A stretch of 64,000 nucleotides of DNA from Cyanophyceae cyanobacterium (GCA_038321985.1 JBBQFN010000013.1:64001-128000); one strand, 5' to 3'; positions 11,532 to 22,575 are shown, numbered from the stretch's first letter. Made by a program: numbers and translations. Notes: a model not told the origin generated them from the letters alone.

Positions 11532-12254
11532 ATGATGCTTGAAGTTGAAGATTTAGCAGTCAACTACCGGAAATTGCGGGCTTTAGAGGGAGTAAGTTTT
11601 GCGATCGCCCCGGGTCAGGTCGTGGGGCTACTGGGTCCTAATGGGGCCGGAAAAAGTACCCTAATTAAAGCGATGTTGGGGTTGATTCCGAGTTGCAGTG
11701 GCCGGGTGCAGTTTGGGTCGCAACCCTTAAAAAAGCAATTATCCCGAGTCGCCTATGTTCCTCAACGCAGCCAAATAGATTGGCATTATCCGATTTCAGT
11801 GTGGAATGTAGTGATGATGGGGCGAACGGCCCAAACCGGGTGGTTTCGGGACCCCTCCCGGCAGTCGCGAGAACGGGTGGCCTCGGTCATTGAACGGGTG
11901 GGATTATCCAACTATTCCCAGACTCAAATTGGAGAACTATCCGGGGGACAGCAACAGCGAGTTTTTTTAGCCCGAGCATTGGTTCAAGAAGCGGATTTAC
12001 TATTATTTGATGAACCCTTTGCTGGAGTGGACAAGCCAACGGAAGAGGTAATTTTTACTGTTTTTAATGAACAAAAATCCCTGGGTAAAACCTTGCTGGC
12101 GATTGGGCATGACTTAGGAGACACCCTGAATCATTATGACCAGTTAATTTTATTAAACAAAAAAATTGTGGCCCAAGGATTTCCTACAGAAGTCTTAACC
12201 CAAACGAACCTCCATCAAGCCTATAATACGCCCTTAGCCGTTGTTTTAGTGTGA
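11532..12254 (+). CDS. Metal ABC transporter ATPase (ZnuC/MntA-like)
   Basis: GPNGAGKST, YVPQ, LSGGQQQR, LLFDEPFAGVD. Start moved to the ATG at 11532 because the longer ORF runs through the Zur-like box. Confidence 0.93.
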   Translation: MMLEVEDLAVNYRKLRALEGVSFAIAPGQVVGLLGPNGAGKSTLIKAMLGLIPSCSGRVQFGSQPLKKQLSRVAYVPQRSQIDWHYPISVWNVVMMGRTAQTGWFRDPSRQSRERVASVIERVGLSNYSQTQIGELSGGQQQRVFLARALVQEADLLLFDEPFAGVDKPTEEVIFTVFNEQKSLGKTLLAIGHDLGDTLNHYDQLILLNKKIVAQGFPTEVLTQTNLHQAYNTPLAVVLV

Positions 12255-12263
12255 GGAAAATCT

Positions 12264-13130
12264 GTGATCCATTGGCTCATAGAACCCCTGAGTTTTGAGT
12301 TTATGCGAAATGCCTTAATGATTGGCATTTTGTTGGGAATTCTGAGCGCCGTGGTGGGTTCTTTTTTAATCGTTCAGCAAATGGGAATGATGGGGGATGT
12401 GATTGCCCATTCCGTCGTCCCCGGTTTATCCATTGCTTTCTTTTTGGGGCTAGATCTGTCCATTGGGGCCTTTCTGGCTGGGACCCTGAGTGCAGTTGGG
12501 GTGGGTTGGATTTGCTCTCAATCCCGGGTGAATCCCGATGCCGCGATGGCGTTGGTGATGTCAGGATTTTTGGCATTAGGAGTCTCCTTAATTGAAGGAT
12601 TAGGGACGAAAACCCTGGATCTGCATCATATTTTGTTTGGGAATATTTTAGGGGTAGCCCCGGGGGATTTATGGCATACCCTTGCCATCACCTTGACTAT
12701 TTTAATCTTCACCAAACAGTTTTATAAGGAGTTGCTATTTTATACCTTTGACCCCTGGGGGGCGAAGGCAAGTGGATTGCCGGTGAATTGGATTTATTTT
12801 GGGTTGATTGCGGCGATTGCTTTGACGGCGATCGCCACCATGCAGGCGGTGGGAGTTTTGCTGGTGATGGCTTTATCCATTGGTCCGAGTCTGACAGTTT
12901 ATCTGTTTGGAAAAGAGTTGCACCAGATGATGATTGGCGGGTCCATAATCGGGGCGTTTTCTTGTGTGGTGGGAATGTATGCCAGCTATTATTGGAATCT
13001 CCCTTCTGGTCCAGCGATCGCCTTAGTGGTGGTCGGGTTATTTTTGTTGGTGTTTCTGTTCAATCCCAAGAGTGGTATTTTCACCGAACCTCATCTCACC
13101 GGATGGGTTGCAAAATTTAAGCAAAAATGA
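12264..13130 (+). CDS. Metal ABC transporter permease (ZnuB/MntB-like)
   Basis: EPLSFEFMRNAL, GDVIAHSVVPG, ILFGNILG, TFDP, LPSGPAI; multiple TM segments. Confidence 0.93.
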   Translation: MIHWLIEPLSFEFMRNALMIGILLGILSAVVGSFLIVQQMGMMGDVIAHSVVPGLSIAFFLGLDLSIGAFLAGTLSAVGVGWICSQSRVNPDAAMALVMSGFLALGVSLIEGLGTKTLDLHHILFGNILGVAPGDLWHTLAITLTILIFTKQFYKELLFYTFDPWGAKASGLPVNWIYFGLIAAIALTAIATMQAVGVLLVMALSIGPSLTVYLFGKELHQMMIGGSIIGAFSCVVGMYASYYWNLPSGPAIALVVVGLFLLVFLFNPKSGIFTEPHLTGWVAKFKQK

Positions 13131-13167
13131 CGGCGATCGCCTCAATGCTTCTCGGTCTAAATTATAA

Positions 13168-13182
13168 TGAGAATCATTCTAA
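13168..13182. promoter_or_regulatory. Zur-like box upstream of the flavoprotein gene
   Basis: TGAGAATCATTCTAA, ending 15 bp before the ATG at 13197. Confidence 0.7.
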
Positions 13183-13196
13183 TTTTAGAGCCAATT

Positions 13197-14438
13197 ATGA
13201 ACCTTACCCCTGGATCCAGACTTGGGAAAATTGACATAGCAATCATCGGCGCGGGACCTCATGCCCTCACCTTAGCTACCCATTTGCTGCAAAAACGTAA
13301 GGAAATGCGGGGTAAATTTGTCGTGTTTGACCCCAGTGGGCAATGGTTGAGTCAATGGTCCCAGCAATTTGCCGCCCAAGAGATTCCTCATTTGCGGAGT
13401 CCGGCAGTCCACCATCCGGACCCAGACCCCTATAGTTTGCGCCGGTTTGCTCAAAATCGGGGGGATGAGTTATTTCCCCCCTATGATTTACCGGGGACGA
13501 AACTGTTTGAGGAGTTTTGCCGGGAGACGATCGCCCGGTGGCACCTTGAAAATGCAGTGATTCCAGGGAAAGTGACTGCTGTCGAGCCCTTATCCGAGTC
13601 TCGGGGATTTCGGTTAGAGAGAGAGGGGGATTCCCCTGTTATGGCGCGACGAGTGGTGATGGCAACCGGGGGCGGGAGGCCCTCTTTCCCAGACTGGGTG
13701 CAGCAGATTGAAACCGACTACCCCCCCCATCGCCTTTGTCATTCCCAGTCTGTGGATTTACGGCAGTTGAATTTGAGGGGCGATCGCCTCTTGATTATTG
13801 GGGGTGGATTAACCAGTGGACATCTGGCCCTGGGCGCAACATCCCGAGGGGCCAAGGTCACCCTGATGATTAAGCGGCGACTTCAAGAAAAACTGTTTGA
13901 TGCGGAACCCGGTTGGTTGGGTCCTAAATATCTGAAGGGATTTGTAGCCGAATCAGATTGGAGTCAACGTTGGAAGTTGATCCAACAGGCGCGAGATGGG
14001 GGGTCAATGACTCCGGAAGTGGCGACGCGCTTGCGCCGGGAAAGTCGCAATGGTAGCCTCGTGATTCAGGAGGAATGTCAGGTGGTGAGGGCGGTTTGGA
14101 ATGCGGGAGAATGGCAGATTGTTTGTAATGATGGGACAACCTATACTTGCGATCGCATTTGGGTTGCTACGGGTACAACGGTCGATATCACTGCGGAACC
14201 CTTATTTGAGTCTGTATTAGCAGCCTATCCGATACCCCTTGTCAAGGGGTTGCCTGTCCTCGATGAACATTTACGTTGGCCCGGTTGTGAACTGTTTGTC
14301 ATGGGTGCTTTGGCAGCGTTACAGGTCGGTCCGGTCGCGCGAAATTTATCTGGGGCGAGGATGGCGAGCGATCGCATACAACCGGCGTTAACCAAGGCTA
14401 GTGTGAGAAAATCACTCCCTGCTTTACGTTATGCTTGA
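13197..14438 (+). CDS. FAD/NAD(P)-binding oxidoreductase (flavin monooxygenase-like)
   Basis: AIIGAGPH FAD motif, LRSP, MATGG, IIGGGLTSGH NAD(P) motif, VATG, GPVARNLSGAR. Confidence 0.85.
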   Translation: MNLTPGSRLGKIDIAIIGAGPHALTLATHLLQKRKEMRGKFVVFDPSGQWLSQWSQQFAAQEIPHLRSPAVHHPDPDPYSLRRFAQNRGDELFPPYDLPGTKLFEEFCRETIARWHLENAVIPGKVTAVEPLSESRGFRLEREGDSPVMARRVVMATGGGRPSFPDWVQQIETDYPPHRLCHSQSVDLRQLNLRGDRLLIIGGGLTSGHLALGATSRGAKVTLMIKRRLQEKLFDAEPGWLGPKYLKGFVAESDWSQRWKLIQQARDGGSMTPEVATRLRRESRNGSLVIQEECQVVRAVWNAGEWQIVCNDGTTYTCDRIWVATGTTVDITAEPLFESVLAAYPIPLVKGLPVLDEHLRWPGCELFVMGALAALQVGPVARNLSGARMASDRIQPALTKASVRKSLPALRYA

Positions 14439-14914
14439 AGGCGTTTGACATAGATGCGATCGCACCGTGCCGTTTCGACTCCCGTTGCTGGGAGATAGCC
14501 GTTGCGTTCATAAAGTTGCACGGCTTCCGTGAGAATGCTGGCGGTTTCGATCCAGATTTCGGAAAACTCACGGGAGGCGATCGCACTTTCGAGTTGTTCC
14601 AAGAGAAATGTTCCCAACCCTTGACCTCTTACCCGAGGTACGAGGTACATTTTCCGAATTTCTACCGCATTGTTTCCCCGGACAACTGGATAATATCCGG
14701 CAGTACCCACAATTTTATCAGCCTGTGCTATTACCCAAAATTCTCCTCCTGTCTTGTGATAGGCTTTTTCTACTTCGATGACATCGCCATCGGCACCAGT
14801 CGGGTCCCAACCCAGGCCATATTCCCCTAAAATGGACCGAATCACCTCAGCCGCAGCGTTGCGATCGCTGGGTTGCCAGGAGCGAATTTGAAATGAGTTA
14901 TACTGTTGGTTCAT
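14429..14914 (-). CDS. GNAT family N-acetyltransferase
   Basis: EIRKMYL..RGQGLG motif A, ET, AVQLYERNGY. Confidence 0.9.
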   Translation of the reverse strand: MNQQYNSFQIRSWQPSDRNAAAEVIRSILGEYGLGWDPTGADGDVIEVEKAYHKTGGEFWVIAQADKIVGTAGYYPVVRGNNAVEIRKMYLVPRVRGQGLGTFLLEQLESAIASREFSEIWIETASILTEAVQLYERNGYLPATGVETARCDRIYVKRLQA

Positions 14915-15831
14915 TTTCAGGACTAAAGGTTCTGCTTCGTTCTAGTGGCGGTTAAACCTTGCTCGATCTTACCTCAGTTTGTATAAAAAATAGGACCCGC
15001 CCCCTCCGATCTTCACGGTTCTGTTCTCCCCCCGGGTCTCTTTTTTTCTAACAGCCCTACTGACCCTTAAAGTTCGGTACACCTACTCCAAAAACCTCCG
15101 TATCTTTTGAACTCCTACCGTATTTCTACGGAACTTTTCTGTAAAAATTTCCGTAATTCGCCCATTGTCACTTTTTACAAATTCCAGCTATTGTATAAGT
15201 AAAATACTTATTTCATCGCCTGATCGGTTCAGGGTGGGCCAGCAGTCCAGAAATTTTTGCAAAAATAAAGATAGGGGTGGTTAATAATCAACTTAACTCT
15301 CGGGGGAGAACGTTAAAAGCCGACGAGCGCTACCCCCGAAGAAAATAAAACGGGATAGAAGCATTCGGAGTATAGTATATGCCGGCAAATGATACACAAA
15401 TTTCTACCTAACGGCAGATGTTAAGAATGAAGGGTTTATAATAAATTAGAAGTATTGATCTGATTCCCAAACCCTTTATATTCTAGCAAAAAAAATAGAT
15501 AAATATTCCTCTATCTTCCAATTTTCAAAAAAACAGAGGGAGTATATTTAGCTTTGCTGCGGTTCAGTGATTCCCGCACCAGTAAGCAGGACCGCCTGAA
15601 TCTCTCTATCTAGCTATCCCTGGGAAGTCGATTGCTCTCTAAAATTTAGAACCGCAAGTCAGCTAACCCGGAGGGAAACGGAGCCCGGAAAAATAGGGGG
15701 CTTCTTCAACTCTAGGGGCAACACAAGATAGAAATAAGATGCTTCAGAAATTGTCTCTTATAAGTTAGAGGAAATTAAAGCAATATAAGAGTCCAATATT
15801 TTATAAAATTAGATAGCTAGAGGAAACTAGG

Positions 15832-18240
15832 ATGAAAGAAATCACTCAACTTTTTCAAATTAATCTCAGGCGACTTTTGGGTAAGCCAGAGGTTAGGGAC
15901 ATTCTGGCCCCACTGCTGGCGGCAATGCAGGGGGAAGGCTGCACGATCTGGGATACAAAAGGACAAATCCCCTTAGGGACTCAGGGTGAAGGACAAGGCG
16001 AAAGCTATCCGATTGAGCTTTCTGGGGAAGTGTTAGGCTGGGTGAGGGGAGGGGAGGGAGCAAAATCTGTAAGCAAGTTACTGGCATATTTGGCGAAAAA
16101 AGAGCAAGAGAAGAAGCACCTCGCCCATGAAGCGCTAGATAAATATCGCGAAATTACCCTGCTGTACGATATTTCTCAAAAATTAACCGCCTGCTTAGAT
16201 GTGAAGGAGGTCGCGAAAGTCGTTCTGGATGAAGCCCAAAGGCTAATGGGGTCTAGTAGGGGGTCGATACTGTTACTCAACCCCAGCAGTGGAGAGATCG
16301 AAACCTTAGCTGAGTTTGGAGAAACCGGGGAGGAAACAACCAAACTTAAGTTAGGAGAAGGAATTATCGGCCAGGTGATCGCTTCAGGAATAGGAGAAAT
16401 TGTCAACGAAGTCAGTAGTGACTCCAGAAAAGCTCCCTGGGAAAAGCAGATAAAATCTCTGATTGCAGTTCCCTTGAAGACGAATGATCGATCAATTGGT
16501 GGGATCGCAATCAGTACAGTGGAATCCCATACTTATGCGGCCGGGGATCTGAAATTGTTAACTATGCTGGCTTCTCAAGCAGCCTCAGCCCTAGAAAATG
16601 CAATTCTCCACGAATCAAAGTTGGAAGAAAGTCGCCGGGAAGCGCTGCTATTCCGGTTAGCGAGTCAGCTTCGGTACTCTCTAGATTTGGATACGATTTT
16701 AGATACAGCAGTGAGCGAGATCCGCACTCTCCTGGATATCGATCGCTGCTTTTTTATGTGGTATCGTCCCCACGCGGCCCAAGAAGCTTGGGAGGTGGTG
16801 AAAGAAGCTAAAACCCCGAAATGTCCGAGTTTGTTGGGATATTACTGTGCTGAAGAGATCGGTTCTTTGGCGGATCAGTTGATTGACCGAGAAACGGTCA
16901 GAGTCGATGAGGTGGAGAAGACCACCGATTCTCAAATGCGGGAGTTTTGTCAACAGCGAGGATTGAGTTCGATTGTGGCTTTACCGATCCAGACAAGATC
17001 AGGGGAAATCGGGGCGATCGCCTGCGGGAGTTGCGGCAAAACTCGGCCTTGGAGCGATCGCGAAGTGGAACTCTTAGAGGCGGTAGCGAATCAATTGGCG
17101 ATCGCGATCGAACACGCTGAAATGTATGAAAAAAGCCAGACCGTTGCCCTCGAAGCCCAAGCTCAAGCCCAAACACTCCAATGCACTCTCGAAGAACTCC
17201 AATACACCCAAAGCCAATTGATCCAAAGCGAAAAAATGTCGGGTCTTGGACAAATGGTAGCGGGGATTGCTCACGAGGTGAATAACCCCGTTAACTTTAT
17301 TCATGGCAATCTTGAATATGCCCACCAATATAGCTACGCCTTGCTAAGTTTGATTGATTTATATCAGCAGCATTGTCCGGAACCCAATGCGCAGATTCTC
17401 GAACACATTAAAGAGATTGAATTAGACTTTATTCGCTTAGACTTTCCCCGTTTACTCTCTTCAATGCTGATCGGAACCGAACGCATTGGCGAAATAGTTC
17501 AAAGTCTGCGAAATTTTTCTCGACTCGACGAAGCGCAGATGAAACCTGTAGATATTCATGAGGGGATTGACAGTACCCTGTTGATTCTGCAACATCGCTT
17601 AAAATCTGCCTCTGGACAATTCCAGATTGAGATTGTCAAAAACTATAGTTATTTGCCCAAGATAGAATGCTATGCCTCTTCCCTCAACCAAGTTTTTATG
17701 AACATCCTGAGTAATGCGATCGATGCGGTGGAAGAAAGGCCAGAAAAATCTGGAAAAATTACGATTAGTACCGAAGTGGTCAGTGGAGACTGGAACCGAA
17801 CCAGCGCTCATAGGGGCCAGGGAATAGTAACCCTTGATCAAGGGCGAGATTTATCGGCGGGCGATCGCTATTCTTCTTTGAAGTCCTACTCTTGTATCCC
17901 CTCCCATCCCTTGGCAGTCACCGCAGGGATGCCCGAGACAATCGCCTCTCCCTCCTTGGTAGTAATTCGGATTCGTGATAATGGATACGGAATCCCGGAA
18001 AACTTGCAAAAGCAACTATTTAACCCCTTCTATACCACTAAACCCGTCGGCAAAGGGACCGGACTTGGATTATCGATTAGTTACCAAATCGTCGTCGAAA
18101 AACATCGGGGACATCTGGTGTGTTCCTCCAAACCCGGAGAAGGCACAGAATTTACCATTATGATTCCCTTCAAACAACAAGTCGAAGTCCAGACTGAGGA
18201 AGTTCTAAATTGTCACTCTCATTGGGCTTTGAGTTCGTAG
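15832..18240 (+). CDS. GAF-GAF sensor histidine kinase
   Basis: Two GAF domains, LIQSEKMSGLGQMVAGIAHEVNNP H-box, NQVFMNILSNAIDA, DNGYG, FYTTKPVGKGTGLGL. GAGGA RBS. Confidence 0.93.
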   Translation: MKEITQLFQINLRRLLGKPEVRDILAPLLAAMQGEGCTIWDTKGQIPLGTQGEGQGESYPIELSGEVLGWVRGGEGAKSVSKLLAYLAKKEQEKKHLAHEALDKYREITLLYDISQKLTACLDVKEVAKVVLDEAQRLMGSSRGSILLLNPSSGEIETLAEFGETGEETTKLKLGEGIIGQVIASGIGEIVNEVSSDSRKAPWEKQIKSLIAVPLKTNDRSIGGIAISTVESHTYAAGDLKLLTMLASQAASALENAILHESKLEESRREALLFRLASQLRYSLDLDTILDTAVSEIRTLLDIDRCFFMWYRPHAAQEAWEVVKEAKTPKCPSLLGYYCAEEIGSLADQLIDRETVRVDEVEKTTDSQMREFCQQRGLSSIVALPIQTRSGEIGAIACGSCGKTRPWSDREVELLEAVANQLAIAIEHAEMYEKSQTVALEAQAQAQTLQCTLEELQYTQSQLIQSEKMSGLGQMVAGIAHEVNNPVNFIHGNLEYAHQYSYALLSLIDLYQQHCPEPNAQILEHIKEIELDFIRLDFPRLLSSMLIGTERIGEIVQSLRNFSRLDEAQMKPVDIHEGIDSTLLILQHRLKSASGQFQIEIVKNYSYLPKIECYASSLNQVFMNILSNAIDAVEERPEKSGKITISTEVVSGDWNRTSAHRGQGIVTLDQGRDLSAGDRYSSLKSYSCIPSHPLAVTAGMPETIASPSLVVIRIRDNGYGIPENLQKQLFNPFYTTKPVGKGTGLGLSISYQIVVEKHRGHLVCSSKPGEGTEFTIMIPFKQQVEVQTEEVLNCHSHWALSS

Positions 18241-18394
18241 ATTCATAGATTGAGGGTGAGGAGCTAAATTTTGAGCGGTGTTATGGGATTGGCTCCCGAA
18301 ATATTTCCCCTCCTCCTGCCCTGCCTCTGTTCCGGAGCGCATTTTAAGTCGGTGAGGAGTGCGGGCTAAGTGCGATCCCTCCAGAAGCCGGTGC

Positions 18395-18883
18395 TTACTT
18401 GAGCGTTTTAGGGGTGCGAGTTGGGATAAAATCGCTGGGCTGGTTGCGCAGAGTGTGATAGAGTTCAAGGACCTGTTGAGTATAAGTAGCAAACTCTGGG
18501 CGATCGTACAAGTTAGCATCACCCGACACCCACCAAGCCGCAGCACGACGCACGGCGATATCTTCATCGCTGCCACTCAGGGGATACTCGTTCCGTAATA
18601 CGTCATCCATCACGCAGACTAAAATATCTTGCGCTTTTCTCCGATTAGAGTTAAATTGTTCCGGAGTTAATTCCTCCCCAATACAGAGTCTTGACCACCT
18701 CGTAATATTTGCCGGTTTGATATTCCATGAACTATAAAGCTCATGATTCATCCCGGATGAATTGGATGTAACCAAGCGCAGTGCCTCCACCAGGGCTACA
18801 ACTTGGGATTCGGAGATTTGTCCCAATACTGGAAATGCCCATAATACAAAGCTGGCTAACAGTCCCCCCAGCAAAATTCGCAT
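18395..18883 (-). CDS. Hypothetical secreted protein
   Basis: N-terminal signal-like hydrophobic stretch, two Cys, GAGGAGA RBS. Confidence 0.7.
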   Translation of the reverse strand: MRILLGGLLASFVLWAFPVLGQISESQVVALVEALRLVTSNSSGMNHELYSSWNIKPANITRWSRLCIGEELTPEQFNSNRRKAQDILVCVMDDVLRNEYPLSGSDEDIAVRRAAAWWVSGDANLYDRPEFATYTQQVLELYHTLRNQPSDFIPTRTPKTLK

Positions 18884-19262
18884 AAGTCTCCTCTAATAGT
18901 CCGCCCATTGATTTTGACTTATACTGGTGCAACTGTCTATCTTAAAAAAAAAATTATGATAAGGGAACAATAGAAAAATTTTTTTGTCCTTGATTGTTTA
19001 ATCTTTTTCTATTTAGCCTTACTCAAATAGACCCTTAGCGGTTGCCTGAAACATCAATTGTTATTCAAGTCAACTCATTTTTTTAAATTCACTTAATCTC
19101 TCTCGTGCCTAAACATAAAAAGCCGACTAGCCTTGTTAAGGTGGGTTAGGGGGATTGTTTGGGCAAAATACAGGGGGGTAGAAGGGGTTCCTCGAAAAAA
19201 TGAGGTGGATTCGGTCACGGTTGTTTTAACGGTTTGATAGACCTCCCAGGTGGCGATCGCCC

Positions 19263-20057
19263 TTATCCCTGGTGAAATTCATAGACTTCCTGAATCACGC
19301 GCACCCAACCTTGGGCTAAGGATTCCCAGATGCGATCGCCCTTTTCCGCCGTGGCTGCTGTCGCATCTCCTACTACCCCACTACTACTAATATTATCGGT
19401 CAACCAGGCAAAGGTTAAGGGTCCTTTTGTTCCTAACAAACTACCTTCAGGACGTTCTGGCGGATATTCCTGCACTGCCCTTTCCATCTTCACCCACTCG
19501 GGCAAAATTGCTAACATTAAGCTGGTTTCTGCATCACCGGCGTGCATAGCCAGCGCGCTCTCTTTTTCCGAGATCAGCGCTTTACTTTCATTGGGAACCC
19601 GCCAAGTCAACAGTGGAAATACCCTTAAATCTGGATATTTTACGGCTAAATCCTGGGCCGCAATTTCCACTACTTGCGGTTGTCCTCCATGAGAATTCAT
19701 CAATACTAATTTCCTAAACCCAGCCCGATAAATGCTCTCTCCAATTTCCATTAATGTCGATAAAAGAGTGTGAGCACTCAGGCTAATCGTCCCCGGAAAA
19801 TTCCCATGCTCGTTAGATTTTCCATAATATAAAGGCGGCAGCGCATAGGCAGGAAAGTCAGGATTCAGTTTTTCCAGGGCTTTTCCTAGAACTGCCATAC
19901 TAATCGCACTATCTACAATCACAGGCAAATGGGGACCATGTTGTTCGATCGCCCCCAAGGGTTGAATTAAAACCACATTCCCTTTATCCGGCATCGCCGC
20001 GATCTCAGTCCAACTGAGATAGGCAAAAAAGCGTTCGGGCGGAATAAAACCGTGCAT
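19263..20057 (-). CDS. Creatininase-family amidohydrolase
   Basis: GAIEQHGPHLP..D, SNEH..FPGT, NSHGGQ, HAGDAETS. Confidence 0.92.
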   Translation of the reverse strand: MHGFIPPERFFAYLSWTEIAAMPDKGNVVLIQPLGAIEQHGPHLPVIVDSAISMAVLGKALEKLNPDFPAYALPPLYYGKSNEHGNFPGTISLSAHTLLSTLMEIGESIYRAGFRKLVLMNSHGGQPQVVEIAAQDLAVKYPDLRVFPLLTWRVPNESKALISEKESALAMHAGDAETSLMLAILPEWVKMERAVQEYPPERPEGSLLGTKGPLTFAWLTDNISSSGVVGDATAATAEKGDRIWESLAQGWVRVIQEVYEFHQG

Positions 20058-20284
20058 AGAGGACCGGGAAGATTTATAGGGTTGGGCTTTTTACTTTAAC
20101 TCCAATCCCATTCAAGTTGAAGCAACCTCTAGTCTTCTCCCCTAAGCCTGGCAAGGGGAGAGGGCATCTCTAAGTTTTGGTAAATTGTGACCCCCCCCTT
20201 ATTGAATGAGACTTCTCATCAAAAACTTAAACAGGTAGGGATAGGGGAGGAGGAGGTAGAAAATTTATCTTTTATGTTTAGGAT

Positions 20285-21226
20285 TCATCCTTGACTTTGG
20301 ACTATCCTTGCTCCTTGGGGATCCAACCCTCTCAACGATCCCGGATGAGAAGCCGATCGCAAAAAGGAGAGCAATTCTCGATTCACTAGATGGGGGACTT
20401 CCTGCTGGATCCAGTGACCGCAGTGGGGAACTAACTTGAGTTGAAAAGGAGCTTTGATTAATCGATCTAACCCATCGGTTAACTTATTGCTTAAGAAAGA
20501 ATCTTCTTCCCCCCACAAGACTAGGGTCGGTGCTGTGACATAATGGGGCGATCGCCCCCAGTTATGGACCCAATTGAGGGGAGACATCAGTTGTCGGTAA
20601 TAATTAATGGCTGCCGAGAGCACTCCCGGTTTTTCCAGGGCTTCCTGATAAATCTTGGCGAGTTCCGAGGTAAACGCTCCTTTGCGGACTGCTTGATCCT
20701 GAAACACCTTTTTGACAAAATCCTTTAAGTTCTGCTGAATCAGCCACTCCGGGACTCCGGGAACTTGAAATGCCAGGACATACCAACTCCGGCGTAGTTG
20801 ATCCAGATTGCTTCCCATCTCCTGTACCCACTGCTGAGGGTGGGGCGCGTTCAAAATTGCCAATCGATCGAGGCAATTTGGAAAACGTTCGGCGAGATGC
20901 CAGGCGATCGCCCCCCCCCAATCATGGCCGACGATATGGGCCTTTACATACCCTAAACTCTCAATTAAACCTTTGATATCTGCACTTAAAGTATCCAGAT
21001 CGTAGCCGCTCTCAGGCTTATCTGAATCGTTATAGCCGCGCAGATCAGGTACGACTACTTTAAAATAGCGAGAAAGCGCCGGGATTTGATAGCGCCATGA
21101 ATACCAAAACTCTGGAAATCCGTGCAGTAGGAGAACAAGTTCCCCTTCTCCTTGGGAGACGCAGTGCAAGCGGATCCGGTTAGTTTCAATATAATGATGT
21201 TCCCAATTGGCTTCTAGGGCTGTCAT
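20285..21226 (-). CDS. Epoxide-hydrolase-like alpha/beta hydrolase
   Basis: LLHGFPEFWYSWR, DLRGYNDS, GHDWGG, WGEED, GHW. Likely ATG at 21226. Confidence 0.9.
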   Translation of the reverse strand: MTALEANWEHHYIETNRIRLHCVSQGEGELVLLLHGFPEFWYSWRYQIPALSRYFKVVVPDLRGYNDSDKPESGYDLDTLSADIKGLIESLGYVKAHIVGHDWGGAIAWHLAERFPNCLDRLAILNAPHPQQWVQEMGSNLDQLRRSWYVLAFQVPGVPEWLIQQNLKDFVKKVFQDQAVRKGAFTSELAKIYQEALEKPGVLSAAINYYRQLMSPLNWVHNWGRSPHYVTAPTLVLWGEEDSFLSNKLTDGLDRLIKAPFQLKLVPHCGHWIQQEVPHLVNRELLSFLRSASHPGSLRGLDPQGARIVQSQG

Positions 21227-21515
21227 ATTTTTTTTGCAAGCGGGCTGTGTGGCCTGTGGCTTCTTCTCTATCTTTAGAGATAGAGACAGGAGTGGATCGA
21301 GAAACACCAATGCAAGCCAGATGAACCCAGAAGCGCTCGTCACGGCGGCGTTTGTAGTTCCCGTATTTCAGCCTAACATTTTCAGCCCCGAAAAGACTAG
21401 CCCGGTCTCTCATCTTAGCCGGCTCTCTCTCATCTATCCAAACCCGATGTTCTCCTGATCGACCCCCAGGAGATTTAGATATCGGGTTCCCTTCAATGAT
21501 GAGCACAGACCCCTT

Positions 21516-21878
21516 TTAAACGAGCTGCTCATTCACGTCTTCCACCGCCAGCTCAGGCTGGTCTGGAATGGCTTTCATCTGATATTTAACCAGGTTTGAT
21601 AGTTCCTGGAGCTGGGCGATCGCTTCTGCGCCCTCTAATTTCATTAATTCGCGATCGTCGCGCATTTCCGTCCAGGTAATCCCGTAGTCCGACACCAAAA
21701 ACCGAATCAAGTGATCTTCTCCTAGGCTCACCATGAAAGAGGCACTATTCATCTGCCCCCCACAGGTATAGCAAGACGCCAGATAACCTCGACGCTCTAG
21801 CACGATCGCTAGGGCTTGCAGGTTCATGACGAGATCCTTGACAAATTGACGGTGCTGTTCGGCGAGTCTGATAAACAC
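21516..21878 (-). CDS. DUF1815-family protein
   Basis: MFIRLAEQHRQFVKDLVMNLQALA...ASCYTCG...IRFLVSDYGITWTE, a conserved cyanobacterial pattern. GAGGA RBS. Confidence 0.8.
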   Translation of the reverse strand: MFIRLAEQHRQFVKDLVMNLQALAIVLERRGYLASCYTCGGQMNSASFMVSLGEDHLIRFLVSDYGITWTEMRDDRELMKLEGAEAIAQLQELSNLVKYQMKAIPDQPELAVEDVNEQLV

Positions 21879-22362
21879 TTATTTCCTCCTATCCTCACAC
21901 CACATTTTAGAACTTTATTAATCTTTTTTTTAGATTTTTGCTCCTCCTTGGGCCTATATAATATTTAAGGCTTCAATTGTTTAGTTGTAAACGTCCATCG
22001 GAACGGATGCCACCAACTTAACGCAATTCCTTATGTAGACAAGGTATCCGTTACAACACTTGATAGTTGGATGGGTCATAGATTCAAGGGAGTTTAGGGG
22101 TTTTCCGGAGTGCTTTGAACTCCATAGCTTCACCCTCAACTCCCCTAAAGCCTATGGGGGATGGCTTTTTAAGGCGATCGCCAATAAGAATAGGAAATTC
22201 TTATCGGAGTGATTAGAAAGTTGTTTGAAAGATTCTCAATCCTCAACCTGAGAAAGCAGGGTAAGGACCCTGTTCGCCTGGGTATTCAATTGGCAGCATG
22301 GGAGAGTGCTCCCGGGTGACATTCAGAGTTACATCACCCGTGAATGAGTTTGAAAAGGCCAT

Positions 22363-22575
22363 TTAGTTGACTTCCCACCACCCAATCGCAGGGCCAATAA
22401 AGCGAACAGTTAGCCAAGCCACAATTAACAAACCAATGCCTAACCAACTTCCTTGGACGGTCCACTTTACAAACTGTTCTGACTGACTTTTAGTAATCGG
22501 CAACCAAGGCAAGATTCTTGGCTCCTGACCGTATTTATCTCCGAGAGTTGACTTGCGCCGTTTTGCTTCACCCAT
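22363..22575 (-). CDS. DUF2839-family small membrane protein
   Basis: MGEAKRRK...WLPITKSQ...VRFIGPAIGWW. Confidence 0.85.
   Translation of the reverse strand: MGEAKRRKSTLGDKYGQEPRILPWLPITKSQSEQFVKWTVQGSWLGIGLLIVAWLTVRFIGPAIGWWEVN

Noticed and set aside
15590..15680. Definite c-di-AMP (ydaO) riboswitch
   Set aside because: Only the 3' GTCAGCTAACCCGG block matches; the GGGGAAC and GGGGTGAA elements are missing.
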